NCBI GenBank assembly: GCA_041687695.1
Contig: JAWLBL010000008.1
Span: 32,074 to 96,073 of the forward strand
Direction of reading: 5' to 3'
From: Myxococcota bacterium
GTDB taxonomy: Bacteria > Myxococcota_A > UBA9042 > PHBI01 > JAWLBL01
Length of the DNA stretch: 64,000 nt
The stretch's first letter is position 1; every line of letters begins with the position of its first letter. Below the pieces are notes generated by a model. That model saw nothing but the letters and a program-made list of their open reading frames with translations, was not told the origin of the DNA and did not search any database. The position numbers were made by a program, and so were the translations under genes. Below, one piece after another: positions 9,154-22,967 of the stretch.

Positions 9154-9747
9154 TCAGCTGCGCAGCATGAACCAGGCCACGCCGGCCGCCACCACGATCG
9201 CCACGGCGACCAGCACGGCCGCGCCCGACCCACCCTCGGCCTCGTCGCCCCGGCTCACGCGCGCGTGCATCCTCACGTCCGGCCGCGCCGGGGAGGACGG
9301 CGGCGCCCCGTACCCGCCCTGCGGCATCGGCAGCTTGCGCGAGGCCTGCAGGCGCTGGATCTCCTCGGGCGTCAGGGCCAGCGTCGGGTCCACCTGCCGC
9401 GTCACCTTCACCGGGCCCGAGCCGTCGCCGTCCTCGCTCAGCTCATCCAGGCTCGGCCCGGCGCTCGCGTCGAAGCGGATGACGAACTTGCCGATGCCGA
9501 TCTCGTCACCGTCGTTCAGGCGCTGCGCCTGCGTCGACAGCCCGTTGACGAACACGCCGTTGCTGCTGCCGGCGTCGACCACCGTGAAGCCGCCGCCCTC
9601 GAACCGCACCATCGCGTGCTGGCGCGAGATGCCGCGGTTGTCGATGACGATGTCGTTGCCGTCGTCGCGGCCGATGACCATCAGCGTCTTGCGGATGGGC
9701 ACCCGCTGCAGCTCGCGACCCTTGAGTGTGACGATCAGCTCGGGCAT
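9154..9747 (-). CDS. FHA domain-containing protein with C-terminal transmembrane anchor
   Basis: Internal ATG with GGGGG RBS; FHA core GRDDGNDIVIDNRGISRQHAMVRFEGGGFTVVDAGSSNGVFVNG; C-terminal hydrophobic stretch AAVLVAVAIVVAAGVAWF. Confidence 0.75.
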   Translation of the reverse strand: MPELIVTLKGRELQRVPIRKTLMVIGRDDGNDIVIDNRGISRQHAMVRFEGGGFTVVDAGSSNGVFVNGLSTQAQRLNDGDEIGIGKFVIRFDASAGPSLDELSEDGDGSGPVKVTRQVDPTLALTPEEIQRLQASRKLPMPQGGYGAPPSSPARPDVRMHARVSRGDEAEGGSGAAVLVAVAIVVAAGVAWFMLRS

Positions 9748-9840
9748 GTCCGTTCCCCCCGGGACCCGCGGATTATGGATTTGCCCGCTTCGCACGGTCA
9801 AGCGCGCCGCCCGCCGCCGACCGTGATACAACGCGGCGCC

Positions 9841-10842
9841 ATGCACACCGGTCCCCTGCACGTCGCCGTCACCCGCCGCGTCCCCGAGCCCGGCCTCGCC
9901 CTGCTCCGCGAGGCCGGCTTCGAGGTCCGGGTCAACCCCCACGACCGGGTCCTCGGCCCGGACGAGCTGCGCGCCTTCGTCGCCGGGGCCGCCGGCCTGC
10001 TGACCACCCTGGCCGACCGAGTCGACGCGGCCGTGCTCGAGGCCTCGGGCGCACGGGTCGTAGCCAACTACGCGGTCGGCTTCAACAACGTCGACGTCGC
10101 CGAGGCCACCCGCCGCGGGGTCGCCGTGACCAACACGCCCGACGTCCTGACCGAGGCCAGCGCCGACCTGACCTGGGCGCTGCTGCTGGCCGTCGCGCGC
10201 CGCGTGGTCGAGGGCGACGCCATGATGCGGGCCGGCGCCTTCCACGGCTGGGCGCCGCTGCTGCTGCTCGGCGCCGACGTCCACGGCAAGACCCTGGGCA
10301 TCGTCGGCGCAGGACGCATCGGCCGCGCCGTCGCCCGCCGCGCGGTCGGCTTCGGCATGCGCATCCTGTACGCCGGCCGCCGCGACCAGCCCGACCTCGA
10401 GGCCCAGACCGGCGCCCGGCGCGTGCCGCTCGACGCGTTGGTCCGCGAAGCCGATTTCCTGACGCTCCACTGCCCGCTGACCCCCGAGACGCGCGGCCTG
10501 CTCTCGCGCGACCTCGTCGCGTCGATGAAGCCGGGCGCCTTCGTCGTCAACACCGCCCGCGGCGAGGTCGTCGACGAGGACGCCCTGCTCGACGCCCTGG
10601 CCGCCGGCCGCCTGGGCGGCGTCGCCCTGGACGTCTACCGCGGCGAGCCCGACGCCATCGACCCGCGCTGGGCCCGGGTCGACCCCTCGCGCGTGGTCCT
10701 GGCCCCCCACATCGGCTCGGCCACCCACGAGACCCGCGCCGCCATGGCCGTCCTGGCCGCGACCGATCTCCGCCTGGCCCTGACCGGTCAGCGCCCGCGC
10801 CACCTCGTCAACCCAGACGCCTGGCCCAGCGAGACCCCATGA
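9841..10842 (+). CDS. D-isomer-specific 2-hydroxyacid dehydrogenase (glyoxylate/hydroxypyruvate reductase-like)
   Basis: ATG at 9841 inside ORF 9031..10842; NAD-binding GIVGAGRIGRAVARRA; catalytic region …NTARGEVVDEDALLDAL…. Confidence 0.85.
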   Translation: MHTGPLHVAVTRRVPEPGLALLREAGFEVRVNPHDRVLGPDELRAFVAGAAGLLTTLADRVDAAVLEASGARVVANYAVGFNNVDVAEATRRGVAVTNTPDVLTEASADLTWALLLAVARRVVEGDAMMRAGAFHGWAPLLLLGADVHGKTLGIVGAGRIGRAVARRAVGFGMRILYAGRRDQPDLEAQTGARRVPLDALVREADFLTLHCPLTPETRGLLSRDLVASMKPGAFVVNTARGEVVDEDALLDALAAGRLGGVALDVYRGEPDAIDPRWARVDPSRVVLAPHIGSATHETRAAMAVLAATDLRLALTGQRPRHLVNPDAWPSETP

Positions 10843-11783
10843 CCCGCATCGGCGTCATCGTCAACACCACCGCCAAGTACCACCGCCGCCACCCGCGCGC
10901 CGTCGACGCCATGCGCCGCGCCGTGGGCGAGCACGGCCTGCTCGCCGAGACGCGCACCCTCGACGAGCTCGAGGCCGCGGCCGCCGACTTTCAGCGCCAG
11001 GGCGTCGACCTCCTGGCCGTGGGCGGCGGCGACGGCACGACCTCGCTGACCCTGACCACCTTCGCCGGGGTCTACGGCGTCGGCGCGCTGCCGCCGGTCG
11101 CCATGCTGCGCGGCGGCACCATGAACACCATCGCCAACTCGGTCGGCGTCCGCCGAGCCAGCCCGCTGCGCCTGCTGTCGGACCTGGTCCAGGGCGCGGC
11201 CGCCGGCCGGCCGCTGCGCACGACCGAGCGCCTCGCCATCGACGTGAACGGCCGCCTGGCCTTCCTGACCGGCACCGGCGCCGTGTACGGCTTCCTCCAC
11301 GAGTACTACTCGGCCGGCAACCCCTTCCCGACGCCCTGGACGGCGGTCAAGACGCTGGCGCGCGGCGTCGGCAGCGCCATCGTCATGGGCGAGACCGTCC
11401 GCCGCATGGCCGCGCCCATCGAGGCCACGGTCACGGTCGACGGCGGCGAGCCGTGGCCGCTGCGCAAGTACATCAGCGTCGCCGCGGGCACGGTCGACCA
11501 GATCGGCCTGGGCTTCCGCCCGTTCTACCGCGCGACCGAGGATCTGCAGCGCTTCCACCTGCTGGGCATCCACACGTCGCCGGCGGGCCTGGTCGCGCGC
11601 TTGCCCCGCGTCTGGCGCGCCAAGCCCATCGGTGGCGAGCGCCACGTCCACGAGGCGCTCGCCACCGAGGCTGTCATCGAGACCGCCTCAGGGCGCGTCA
11701 ACTACATGGTCGACGGCGACGTCACGCACACCGAGGGCCCGCTCGTCCTGCGCGCGGGCCCTCGGGTGCGCTTCGTAGTCTGA
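10839..11783 (+). CDS. Diacylglycerol-kinase-family lipid kinase (DAGK_cat / YegS-like)
   Basis: ATG overlaps upstream stop (ATGA); GVIVNTTAK…LLAVGGGDGTTS signature of DAGK catalytic domain. Confidence 0.8.
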   Translation: MTRIGVIVNTTAKYHRRHPRAVDAMRRAVGEHGLLAETRTLDELEAAAADFQRQGVDLLAVGGGDGTTSLTLTTFAGVYGVGALPPVAMLRGGTMNTIANSVGVRRASPLRLLSDLVQGAAAGRPLRTTERLAIDVNGRLAFLTGTGAVYGFLHEYYSAGNPFPTPWTAVKTLARGVGSAIVMGETVRRMAAPIEATVTVDGGEPWPLRKYISVAAGTVDQIGLGFRPFYRATEDLQRFHLLGIHTSPAGLVARLPRVWRAKPIGGERHVHEALATEAVIETASGRVNYMVDGDVTHTEGPLVLRAGPRVRFVV

Positions 11784-11801
11784 CTCCGTCGGCCGCGCCG
11801 C

Positions 11802-14484
<2,683 letters not shown>

Positions 14485-14492
<8 letters not shown>

Positions 14493-15348
14493 TCGGGGAC
14501 TCCTCGGTCAGTCTCGCGATCTCCTTGCGGATGATCTCCTCCGCAAGCTCGGGAACCACCTTCCACGCGATGTCTTCCGCCTTCGGCCCGACCGCCTCGG
14601 CCACCGCCGCGCGCATCGCCGCCTCGGCCTTCGGCCCCATCCCGTAGGCCGCGTGCTCGACCACGTCGGGCATCGCCCGCGCGATGGCCGCGTCGATGGA
14701 CAGCTGCATCTGCGGCTCGGCCAGCCGCGCCAGGTGCTCGGTCAGGCGCTCCTCGATGAGCGCCCCGACCAGCGCCGGCAGCCGCGCCTCGACCGCCCGC
14801 GTCACCGCCGCCTCGACCGCCGCCCCGAGCAGCCCCGGCAGGCGCCGCTCCACCTCGGCCGCGACCATGCCCTCGACCTCGGCCGGCGCGACCGTCGCCG
14901 CTGCCGCGCTCGCGGGCGCCGCCTCCGCCGCCGCGTCACCCCACCCGGGCCCCTCGAGGTCGGCCTCGGGCAGCGGCTCGGGCGCCTGCTCGAGCAGGGC
15001 CCGCACCCGCTCGAGCAGGGCGTGCCGCTCGAAGGGCTTGGTCAGCACGTCCGTGACCCCGGCCTCGCTGATGCGCGCCAGATCGGGGCTCTCGTAGTCG
15101 GCCAGCGTCAGCAGCACCGGCGTGTCGCGCAGCAGCGGGTCGCGCCGCAGCGCCGCCGTCAGATCGTAGCCGTCCAGCCCCGGCAGCCTCGCGTCCACGA
15201 TGACCAGCCGCGGCCGGCGGGCGCGCGCGGTCGACAGCGCGTCACGACCGTTGGCGACGAACTCCAGCGCGACGTCGTCGGCTGCCAGCGTCAGCCGAAT
15301 CAGCGTCGTCAGCGTGCGGCTCGGCTCGGCGACGAGGATGCGCGACAC
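14485..15348 (-). CDS. Response regulator receiver protein with Ala-rich C-terminal extension
   Basis: GTG start (VSRILVAEPSR…) inside ORF 14485..16281; receiver motifs VIVDARLPGLDG…TKPF; 3' end overlaps valS start by 8 nt. Confidence 0.7.
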
Positions 15349-15407
15349 GGCGCGCGTCCCGGTGGCCTGCGTCCCGACGCCGCCCTGGCCATCGCGACCG
15401 CTCGGGC

Positions 15408-15749
15408 TCACGCTCCGCCGCTCTCCTCGCCCCAGGGGCGCACCTCGGAGGGGTCGGGCAGGAAGAAGGCCGCGACCTCCATCAGGATGACCCGCAGCTT
15501 GTCCGCCTCTCCGGCCGCCAGCACCTCGAGCGGCGTCTGGCCGTCCAGGTTGGGGATGGGGTTGGCCAGCCAGACCTCGGGCTCCTGGAAGATCAGCAGC
15601 GCCGTGCGCCACAGATCCTCGGGCACCTCGGGATCGCCCTCGGGCGCGCCCTGCCGGCCGCTCGTCCGCAGCTCGGGCGGCACGCTGGGCCAGTAGATCT
15701 CCATGAGCGACGCGTAGAACGCGTCCCACTGCGCGATGGTGGCTTGCAT
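15408..15749 (-). CDS. MbcA/ParS-type antitoxin C-terminal domain (DUF2384-like) protein, orphan
   Basis: 113 aa; C-terminal WLANPIPNLDGQTPLEVLAAGEADKLRVILMEVAAF matches the W..SPN..L...P.DL...GE...V...L pattern of Xre/MbcA/ParS toxin-binding domains; no RES-toxin gene adjacent. Confidence 0.55.
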   Translation of the reverse strand: MQATIAQWDAFYASLMEIYWPSVPPELRTSGRQGAPEGDPEVPEDLWRTALLIFQEPEVWLANPIPNLDGQTPLEVLAAGEADKLRVILMEVAAFFLPDPSEVRPWGEESGGA

Positions 15750-15849
15750 GCGCGCCTCTATACCACGCCGCTTCCGCGGCTGGGTATCTCGATTCGCGCC
15801 AGCCCCTCAGGGCCCCTCCGCCCGGCCCGACCCACGGCCACCCCTCCGA

Positions 15850-16165
15850 CCGACCCCCTCGGCCTCGGCCTCGGCCCCGGCTCCCGGCTCCCGGCCTCGG
15901 CTCCCGGCCCCGGCCTCGGCTCCCGGCCCCGGCCTCGGCTCCCGGCCCCGGCCTCGGCTCCCGGCCTCGGCCCCGGCCTCGGCCCCGGCTCCCGGCTCCC
16001 GGCTCCCGGCCCCGGCCCCGGCCTCGGCCCCGGCTCCCGGCTCCCGGCTCCCGGCCCCGGCCCCGGCTCCCGGCTCCCGGCTCCCGGCCCCGGCCTCGGC
16101 CCCGGCCCCGGCCTCGGCCTCGGCCCCGGCCCCCGACCCCGGCCTCGGCCCCCGACCCCGGCCCC
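15850..16165. repeat. GC-rich hexamer/heptamer microsatellite (CCTCGG / CCCCGG / CTCCCGG units, ~50 units)
   Basis: Read directly: cggcctcggcctcggccccggctcccggctcccggcctcgg… continuous for ~315 bp between the rnpB terminator and the MbcA-like gene; heptamer units break any reading frame. Confidence 0.85.
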
Positions 16166-16200
16166 AACGAAAAAAGCCCCCGACCCGCGAGGGTCGGAGG
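16166..16200 (-). terminator. Rho-independent terminator of rnpB
   Basis: Minus strand: GCCTCCGACCCTCGCGGGTCGGGGGCTTTTTTCGTT; 7-bp GC stem CCGACCC/GGGTCGG, loop TCGC, then T6. Confidence 0.6.
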
Positions 16201-16204
16201 CTTC

Positions 16205-16648
16205 GGACGCAGCATGAGCAGCCTGTAAGCCGAGTTCTGTCCCGACGGTCGGTCGCCCTCCCGCCGGCGATGGCCATTCATCTAGGCGACGGATTGCTCC
16301 GCCGCTCGAGCGATACTACCCGGGGGACGCGGACGGGCCGTCCGTGGCTTCCGCTCTCGCGGCCGCCAGCCCCACGATTGATCTTGCTCCAGGTGGGGTT
16401 TACCGACCCCCCAGGTCACCCTGGGCGGTCCGTGAGCTCTTACCTCACGCTTTCACCCTGACCTCCTGGGAGGCTCCTGTCGCCAGGATCCTCCGGGAGG
16501 CGGACTGCTCTCTGTGGCACTTTCCCTGGGGTCGCCCCCGCTGGCCGTTAGCCAGCACCATTGCCCTGTGGAGCTCGGACTTTCCTCCCGCCGCGGCGCC
16601 GTGAGACGCCCCGACCGGCGGCCATCCGGTCTACTCATGCTGCGAGCC
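16205..16648 (-). ncRNA. rnpB: RNase P RNA (bacterial type A)
   Basis: Minus strand has GGAGGAAAGTCCGAGCTCCACAGGGCA (P4/CR-I), P1 pairing GCAGCATGAG…CTCATGCTGC, and 3' region CTAGATGAATG…ACAGAACTCGGCTTA as in E. coli M1 RNA. Confidence 0.85.
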
Positions 16649-16652
16649 CGAC

Positions 16653-16683
16653 TTGATACGCACCCGGGAGGGCGCGGTCAATC
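16653..16683 (-). promoter_or_regulatory. Sigma70-like promoter for rnpB (-35 TTGACC, 17 nt spacer, -10 TATCAA)
   Basis: Minus strand: TTGACCgcgccctcccgggtgcgTATCAAgtcgggctcGCAGCATGAG places the TSS at the predicted mature 5' end. Confidence 0.4.
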
Positions 16684-16744
16684 GAAAGCCACGCGGACGC
16701 GCGGGCCGGCCGGGCAGGGGGCCGCCCGGTCGACCGCCCGCGGC

Positions 16745-17500
16745 TCAGCTCTGCAGGTGCGAGAGCTCGGCCACGTCGAAGTTCGCGTCCGGGTAGTCCT
16801 CCATGTAGAGGAAGCGCTGGCAGCTCGGGCAGCTCTGCAGGGTCTCGCCGCGCTGGACCAGGATGTAGGTCTGAGGCGGCAGCCGCATCTGGCAGCCGGT
16901 GCACTTGCCGTTCTCGCCCACCGACACGACGGCCTTGCCCTCGCGGCGGTCGAGCACCCGCTCGTAGCGGGCCAGCAGCGACCGGTTGATGCGGGCCCGC
17001 ACGCCGGCCTTCTGCGCGCCGACGTCGCCGATGGCGGCGTCGAGCTCGCGGAGCCGGTCCGCGCTCGCCTGCTCCTCGCGCTCGACCTCGCCCTCGAGGT
17101 TGGACAGCTTGTCCTCCTCGGAGGCGATGGAGCGCTTGTACTCCTCGATGGCCTCGGAGAGCCGCGTCAGCTCGGCCTCGTCCTCGGAGTACTTCTTGCG
17201 CAGCGTATCCAGCTCGCGCTGCATCGCCGCGTACTCCTTGGTCCGCGTCACCGTGGCGAGCTTCTGCTTGGCCCGGGCGAGGCGATCGCCGTCGGCCTGC
17301 AGGTCGATCTGCTTTTCCTGATGGAACCGCTGCGCCTCGACCAGCTTGTCCCGCTTGTCTTCGAGCTCCGAGCCCATCCGTCCGAGGATGGCCTTGAGGC
17401 GCTCGATGTTCGCGGTCATCTCGTCGCGTTGCAGCTTGTGCACGCGGATCGCGTCATCGATCCGCTGCAGCTCGATCAGTGCTTCGATGGTATCCTTCAC
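16745..17500 (-). CDS. C4-type zinc-ribbon domain protein (COG1579/DUF164-like), coiled-coil N-terminus
   Basis: GTG start with GGGGGG RBS (VKDTIEALIELQRIDD…); long coiled coil; C-terminal CTGCQMRLPPQ…CPSCQRFLY two-CxxC zinc ribbon. Confidence 0.75.
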   Translation of the reverse strand: MKDTIEALIELQRIDDAIRVHKLQRDEMTANIERLKAILGRMGSELEDKRDKLVEAQRFHQEKQIDLQADGDRLARAKQKLATVTRTKEYAAMQRELDTLRKKYSEDEAELTRLSEAIEEYKRSIASEEDKLSNLEGEVEREEQASADRLRELDAAIGDVGAQKAGVRARINRSLLARYERVLDRREGKAVVSVGENGKCTGCQMRLPPQTYILVQRGETLQSCPSCQRFLYMEDYPDANFDVAELSHLQS

Positions 17501-17647
17501 GACGCCCCCCAACACGCACGCGCACGCGTCTGCCCTTGAAAGCACAAGGGCGCCACCCTGAACGGATGGCGCCCGTAGCGCTCACTGCGGTAGTTGTCGG
17601 CTGCGTATCGGCCATTCGACAAACTGAGTCGCCTTGTTTCCAATCCG

Positions 17648-17720
17648 TGGGCCCACCTGGATTCGAACCAGGGACCAACCGGTTATGAGCCGGCGGCTCT
17701 CACCGCTGAGCTATAGGCCC
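17648..17720 (-). tRNA. tRNA with CAU anticodon; elongator-type with C4-G69/C5-G68, likely tRNA-Ile2 (lysidine, ileX-like) rather than tRNA-Met
   Basis: Minus strand GGGCCTATAGCTCAGCGGTGAGAGCCGCCGGCTCATAACCGGTTGGTCCCTGGTTCGAATCCAGGTGGGCCCA folds as cloverleaf (7-bp acceptor, TTCGAAT T-loop, anticodon loop CTCATAA); lies downstream of rpoD as ileX does in E. coli; CCA not encoded. Confidence 0.85.
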
Positions 17721-17924
17721 GTGCCTACAGGGTCGGGACCGTAACGCCATCGTTCGCGCCAAGTCAACAAGAGGTTGAGCCCCTCGCCGCCCTGCCACGA
17801 CGATGTCCGCCGCCGGCCTGTGCGGGCTGAAACCCACCCCCGGAGGCTTCATTCCCAGAGGCTCTCTGGGCGTCGGCGGCCCCGTCGGCCGGCTCCCGTC
17901 CGAGCCGCGATCTTCCCATCGAAG

Positions 17925-18440
17925 CGACGACGGCCAGAGCGCCTGGACGCTCCGGCCGCGCCGTGCCCGGGACCCCGGCGCCTCGGTGTCGATCCCGGAC
18001 CGACGACGGCCAGAGCGCGTGGACGCTCCGGCCGCGCCGTGCCCGGGCCCCCGGCGCCTCGCTGTCGATCCCGGAGCCGACGATGGCCAGAGCGCCTGGA
18101 CGCTCCGGCTGCCCCGTGCCCGGGGCCGCGGCGCCTGGGTGTCGATCCCGGAAACGACGACGGCCAGAGCGTCTGGACGCTCCGGCCGTGCCGTGCCCGG
18201 CGCCTCGGTGTCGATCCCGGAAACGACGACGGCCAGAGCGTCTGGACGCTCCGGCCGTGCCGTGCCCGGCGCCTCGGTGTCGATCCCGGAAACGACGACG
18301 GCCAGAGCGCGTGGACGCTCCGGCCGCGCCGTGCTCGGGCCCCGGTGCCTCGGTGTCGATCCCGGAAACGACGACGGCCAGAGCGCCTGGACGCTCCGGC
18401 CGTGCCGTGTCCGGGACTCCGGCGCCCGAGCGCCGAGCCC
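17925..18440. repeat. Tandem array of 7 near-identical 69-78 bp units, each with a strong GC hairpin (GGCCaGAGCGTCtgGACGCTCcGGCC), filling the rpoD-to-tRNA intergenic region
   Basis: Units begin at about 17925, 18001, 18079, 18157, 18226, 18295 and 18371: cgacgacggccagagcg(y)ctggacgctccggccg(y)gccgtgcccgg…cctcggtgtcgatcccggaaa. Variation is concentrated in the loop (tc/cc/cg) while stems are conserved. Array abuts the rpoD stop. Confidence 0.85.
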
Positions 18441-18444
18441 GATC

Positions 18445-20204
<1,760 letters not shown>

Positions 20205-20217
<13 letters not shown>

Positions 20218-22082
20218 CGCGTCCCTCGGGTGCCCTTCAGCGTGTTGAGCTGTTCCTGAATCTTCGCTTCTTCGACCAGGATCTGGATCAGATCCGTCTC
20301 GCGACCGGCGCGCGACAGGTCGCGCCGGCGCTGACTGAGCTCATGTTGTTGTCGTTTCAGCGCTTCGATCCGGAGTGCGGTCTCCAGCCCATCGAGATCT
20401 CGCCGCCAGTCTTGAGGCGGTGGTTGGGTCGTCATGGCCTGGAGGAGCGATGCGCGTAGCTCGACGTCTTCGAGCGCAGCTATGTAGTCATTGACGTTCA
20501 GCGTCTCTTCCGTCTCTCTGGACACCGCCAGAGCGTCGGCGGCTCTCTTAATGCGTTCGCTGGTCAACAGATTTCCGATTTCGTGTCCGAGGTAGACGAG
20601 CGAGGCGTCTGGGGCCAGCGTCAGCAGCACGAGGAGCTTGAGCTCGAGCACCGGCGGCGGGACCTTCGGGGCCGCTGGCGCGGACGCGCGGGGGGGCGGC
20701 GCGTCGGACCGGACTGGGGCGCCGCCCAGACGGGCGAGCGCGTCGCGCACGAACCGGGCGGTCTCAGCCTCCGACAACCCGAGGGCTTCGGCGAGGTGTC
20801 GGCCATAAAGCGACCGCTCGCGTCGGTCCTCGACCCGCCCCAGCACCGGCGCGAGCGCGTCGATGGCACGGACCTTGCCCTGCTGGCTGTCGCGCGCTCG
20901 CGTCTCCGCGGTCACCGCGTCGACCAGGAACTCCCAGCCGGGCAGGGCGCGGGCGATCAAGGCGTCGAGCGCCTCCTTGCCCTGGGCCCGGACGAAGGTG
21001 TCCGGGTCCTCGCCGTCCGGGAGCTGCACCACCGCGACCTGCAGCCCCTCGGCGAGGGCCATCGGGATCGCCTTGATCGTGGCCGCCTGGCCCGCCCGGT
21101 CGCCGTCGTACAGCAGGACGACCTGCGGCACGAAGCGCCTGAGCAGCCGGCACTGCGGCTCGGTGAGCGCGGTGCCCAGCGGCGCCACGACGGCCTCGAC
21201 GCCCTCTTGCGAAAGGCGCATCACGTCCACGTTGCCCTCGACGAGGACCGCGTGGCCGGCGACGCGCATCGCCTTTCGCGCCTCGTGCAAGCCGAAGAGC
21301 ATGGCGCCCTTGGTGTACACGGGGGTCTCGGGCGAGTTGACGTACTTGGCGACGTCCTTCTCGGTCGACAGCGTGCGCCCGGAGTAGGCGACGATGTCCC
21401 CCGAGAGGGTGCGGATCGGGAACATGAGCCGGTTGCGGAACCGGTCGTAGTGCCCGCCGCCGGACTCTCCACCACGCTGGCGCGGGACGCAGAAGCCCAG
21501 CGTCTCGGCGAGACGAAGATCTTGACTCTGGCTGACAAAGAACGTGCTGAGGCCGTCCCAGCGGTCCGGCGCGAAGCCGAGCCCGAAGCGATCGACGGTC
21601 GGGAGCGTCAGGCCGCGCTCGCGGAGGTAGGCGCGGCAGGGCTGCCCTTCGGCGGCCCCGAGCGCGTCCACGAAGAAGCGCTGCGCGAGGCGCGCCATGG
21701 CGTAGCACGCGTCCTTGAACCCGCGCGGCGCCGAGGCGCCGTCGCCGCCCCGACCGCCCGCCCGACGGCGGCCGTCGGCGGGCTCCTCGGGGATGTCGAT
21801 CCCCGCGCGCCCGGCGAGGTGGCGCACCGCTTCGACGAAGCTGTAGCCGTTGATCTCGCGGAGGAACGAGATCACGTCCCCGCCGGTCTGGCACCCAAAA
21901 CAGTAAAAGAACTGACGGTCCTCGTGGACCGTGAAGGACGGGCTCTTCTCGGCGTGGAAGGGACACAGGCCCTTCCACGACGTCCCGGCCTTCTTCAGCG
22001 AGACGTAGTCGCCGATGACCGCCACGATGTTGTTGCGGTCACGGACCTCTTGCAGGAGCGCGTCATCGAACCGCCCGGACAC
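20205..22082 (-). CDS. dnaG: DNA primase
   Basis: Zinc-binding [13 protein letters not shown]…[16 protein letters not shown]; TOPRIM region; 3' end overlaps rpoD start (classic dnaG-rpoD arrangement). Confidence 0.95.
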
Positions 22083-22154
22083 GCTCGTTCCCCCTCCCCA
22101 CTCGGCCGCCGCGTGGCGTAGAGCGGCCCAAGGGTAGGGATCGCGAGGGTGGTG

Positions 22155-22853
22155 TCAAGCATCGGGACCGCGCGGGGCCGGCGCCGGGGCTAGAGGCACG
22201 CGCGCGGGCCCCGGCCGCGGGCGCCCGAGGCCGCCCGGGCAGGGCGGCAAGAGCGTGGCGAACACGCCCAGGACGGAGTTCATGTCGCCGTCGATCCGGA
22301 TCTTGCCGGTGAAGAAGGCCGTCTGTGGGTTCTCGCGCCCGGCGGCCATGTCGACCAGATCGGTCAGGGCGACGGTCACCTTGGCGAGCGGGGCGTCGGG
22401 GTTCGGGGTCTGCCCGCCGGTCGCGAGCGTCACCTTGAACTCCTGGTTCTCCTCGCGGTCGTCGATGACCAGCTGCAGGTCGCCCGCCAGGCCCTTCATC
22501 GCCTCGACCTTGTCGGCGTTGCGATAGAGCTTGGCCAGCATCTTGGGGTCGACGGCGACCTTGCCGACGGCCGCCTTCAGGGTGTCGCGGATGCGGCCGG
22601 CGACGACCTCGCGCCAGTCGGCGACGGTCAGCTGGACGTGCAGGCCGGGGCTCGAGACCGTGCCCGGCTCGAGCTGCAGGTGCTGGCCCACCACGCCGAT
22701 GGTCCAGCTGCCGCCGCCCGCGCCGGTCAGGGTCACCTGCCCCTTGTCACGGCTGGCGTTGTCCGGGACCGGCTCGGTCGACAGGACCTGGTTGACCAGG
22801 GTCGCGAAGTCTTCGGGGACGATGTGGCGCGGCAGATCGGCGAAGTCGGTCAC
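22155..22853 (-). CDS. SCP2 sterol-binding domain protein with Pro-rich tail
   Basis: 232 aa, ATG start; SCP2-like lipid-binding signature weakly recognisable; high GC3. Confidence 0.55.
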   Translation of the reverse strand: MTDFADLPRHIVPEDFATLVNQVLSTEPVPDNASRDKGQVTLTGAGGGSWTIGVVGQHLQLEPGTVSSPGLHVQLTVADWREVVAGRIRDTLKAAVGKVAVDPKMLAKLYRNADKVEAMKGLAGDLQLVIDDREENQEFKVTLATGGQTPNPDAPLAKVTVALTDLVDMAAGRENPQTAFFTGKIRIDGDMNSVLGVFATLLPPCPGGLGRPRPGPARVPLAPAPAPRGPDA

Positions 22854-22967
22854 GGCGACGGCTCACGGGGCAAGGGTTCATCGGGCGGACGGGGCCAGGA
22901 AGGCCCGGAACCTAGGGACGGCGCCCCTCGTTGTCAAGGCGTGCCGCGCCATGCTAACCCCGGGCCC

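Noticed and set aside
15744-16277. ORFs 15744..16217 (+) and 15807..16277 (-) encoding PGSRLPAPG / GAGAEA low-complexity proteins
   Set aside because: They span a 6/7-nt mixed microsatellite, so the frame is maintained only by chance. They overlap the rnpB 3' end and terminator and the start of the MbcA-like gene, and one initiates at a TTG
17925-18440. Possible CRISPR array
   Set aside because: Units are near-identical throughout with no unique spacer segments and no cas genes; it is a tandem direct repeat rather than repeat-spacer architecture. ORFs 17775..18467, 17803..20259 and 17963..18883 over it are spurious
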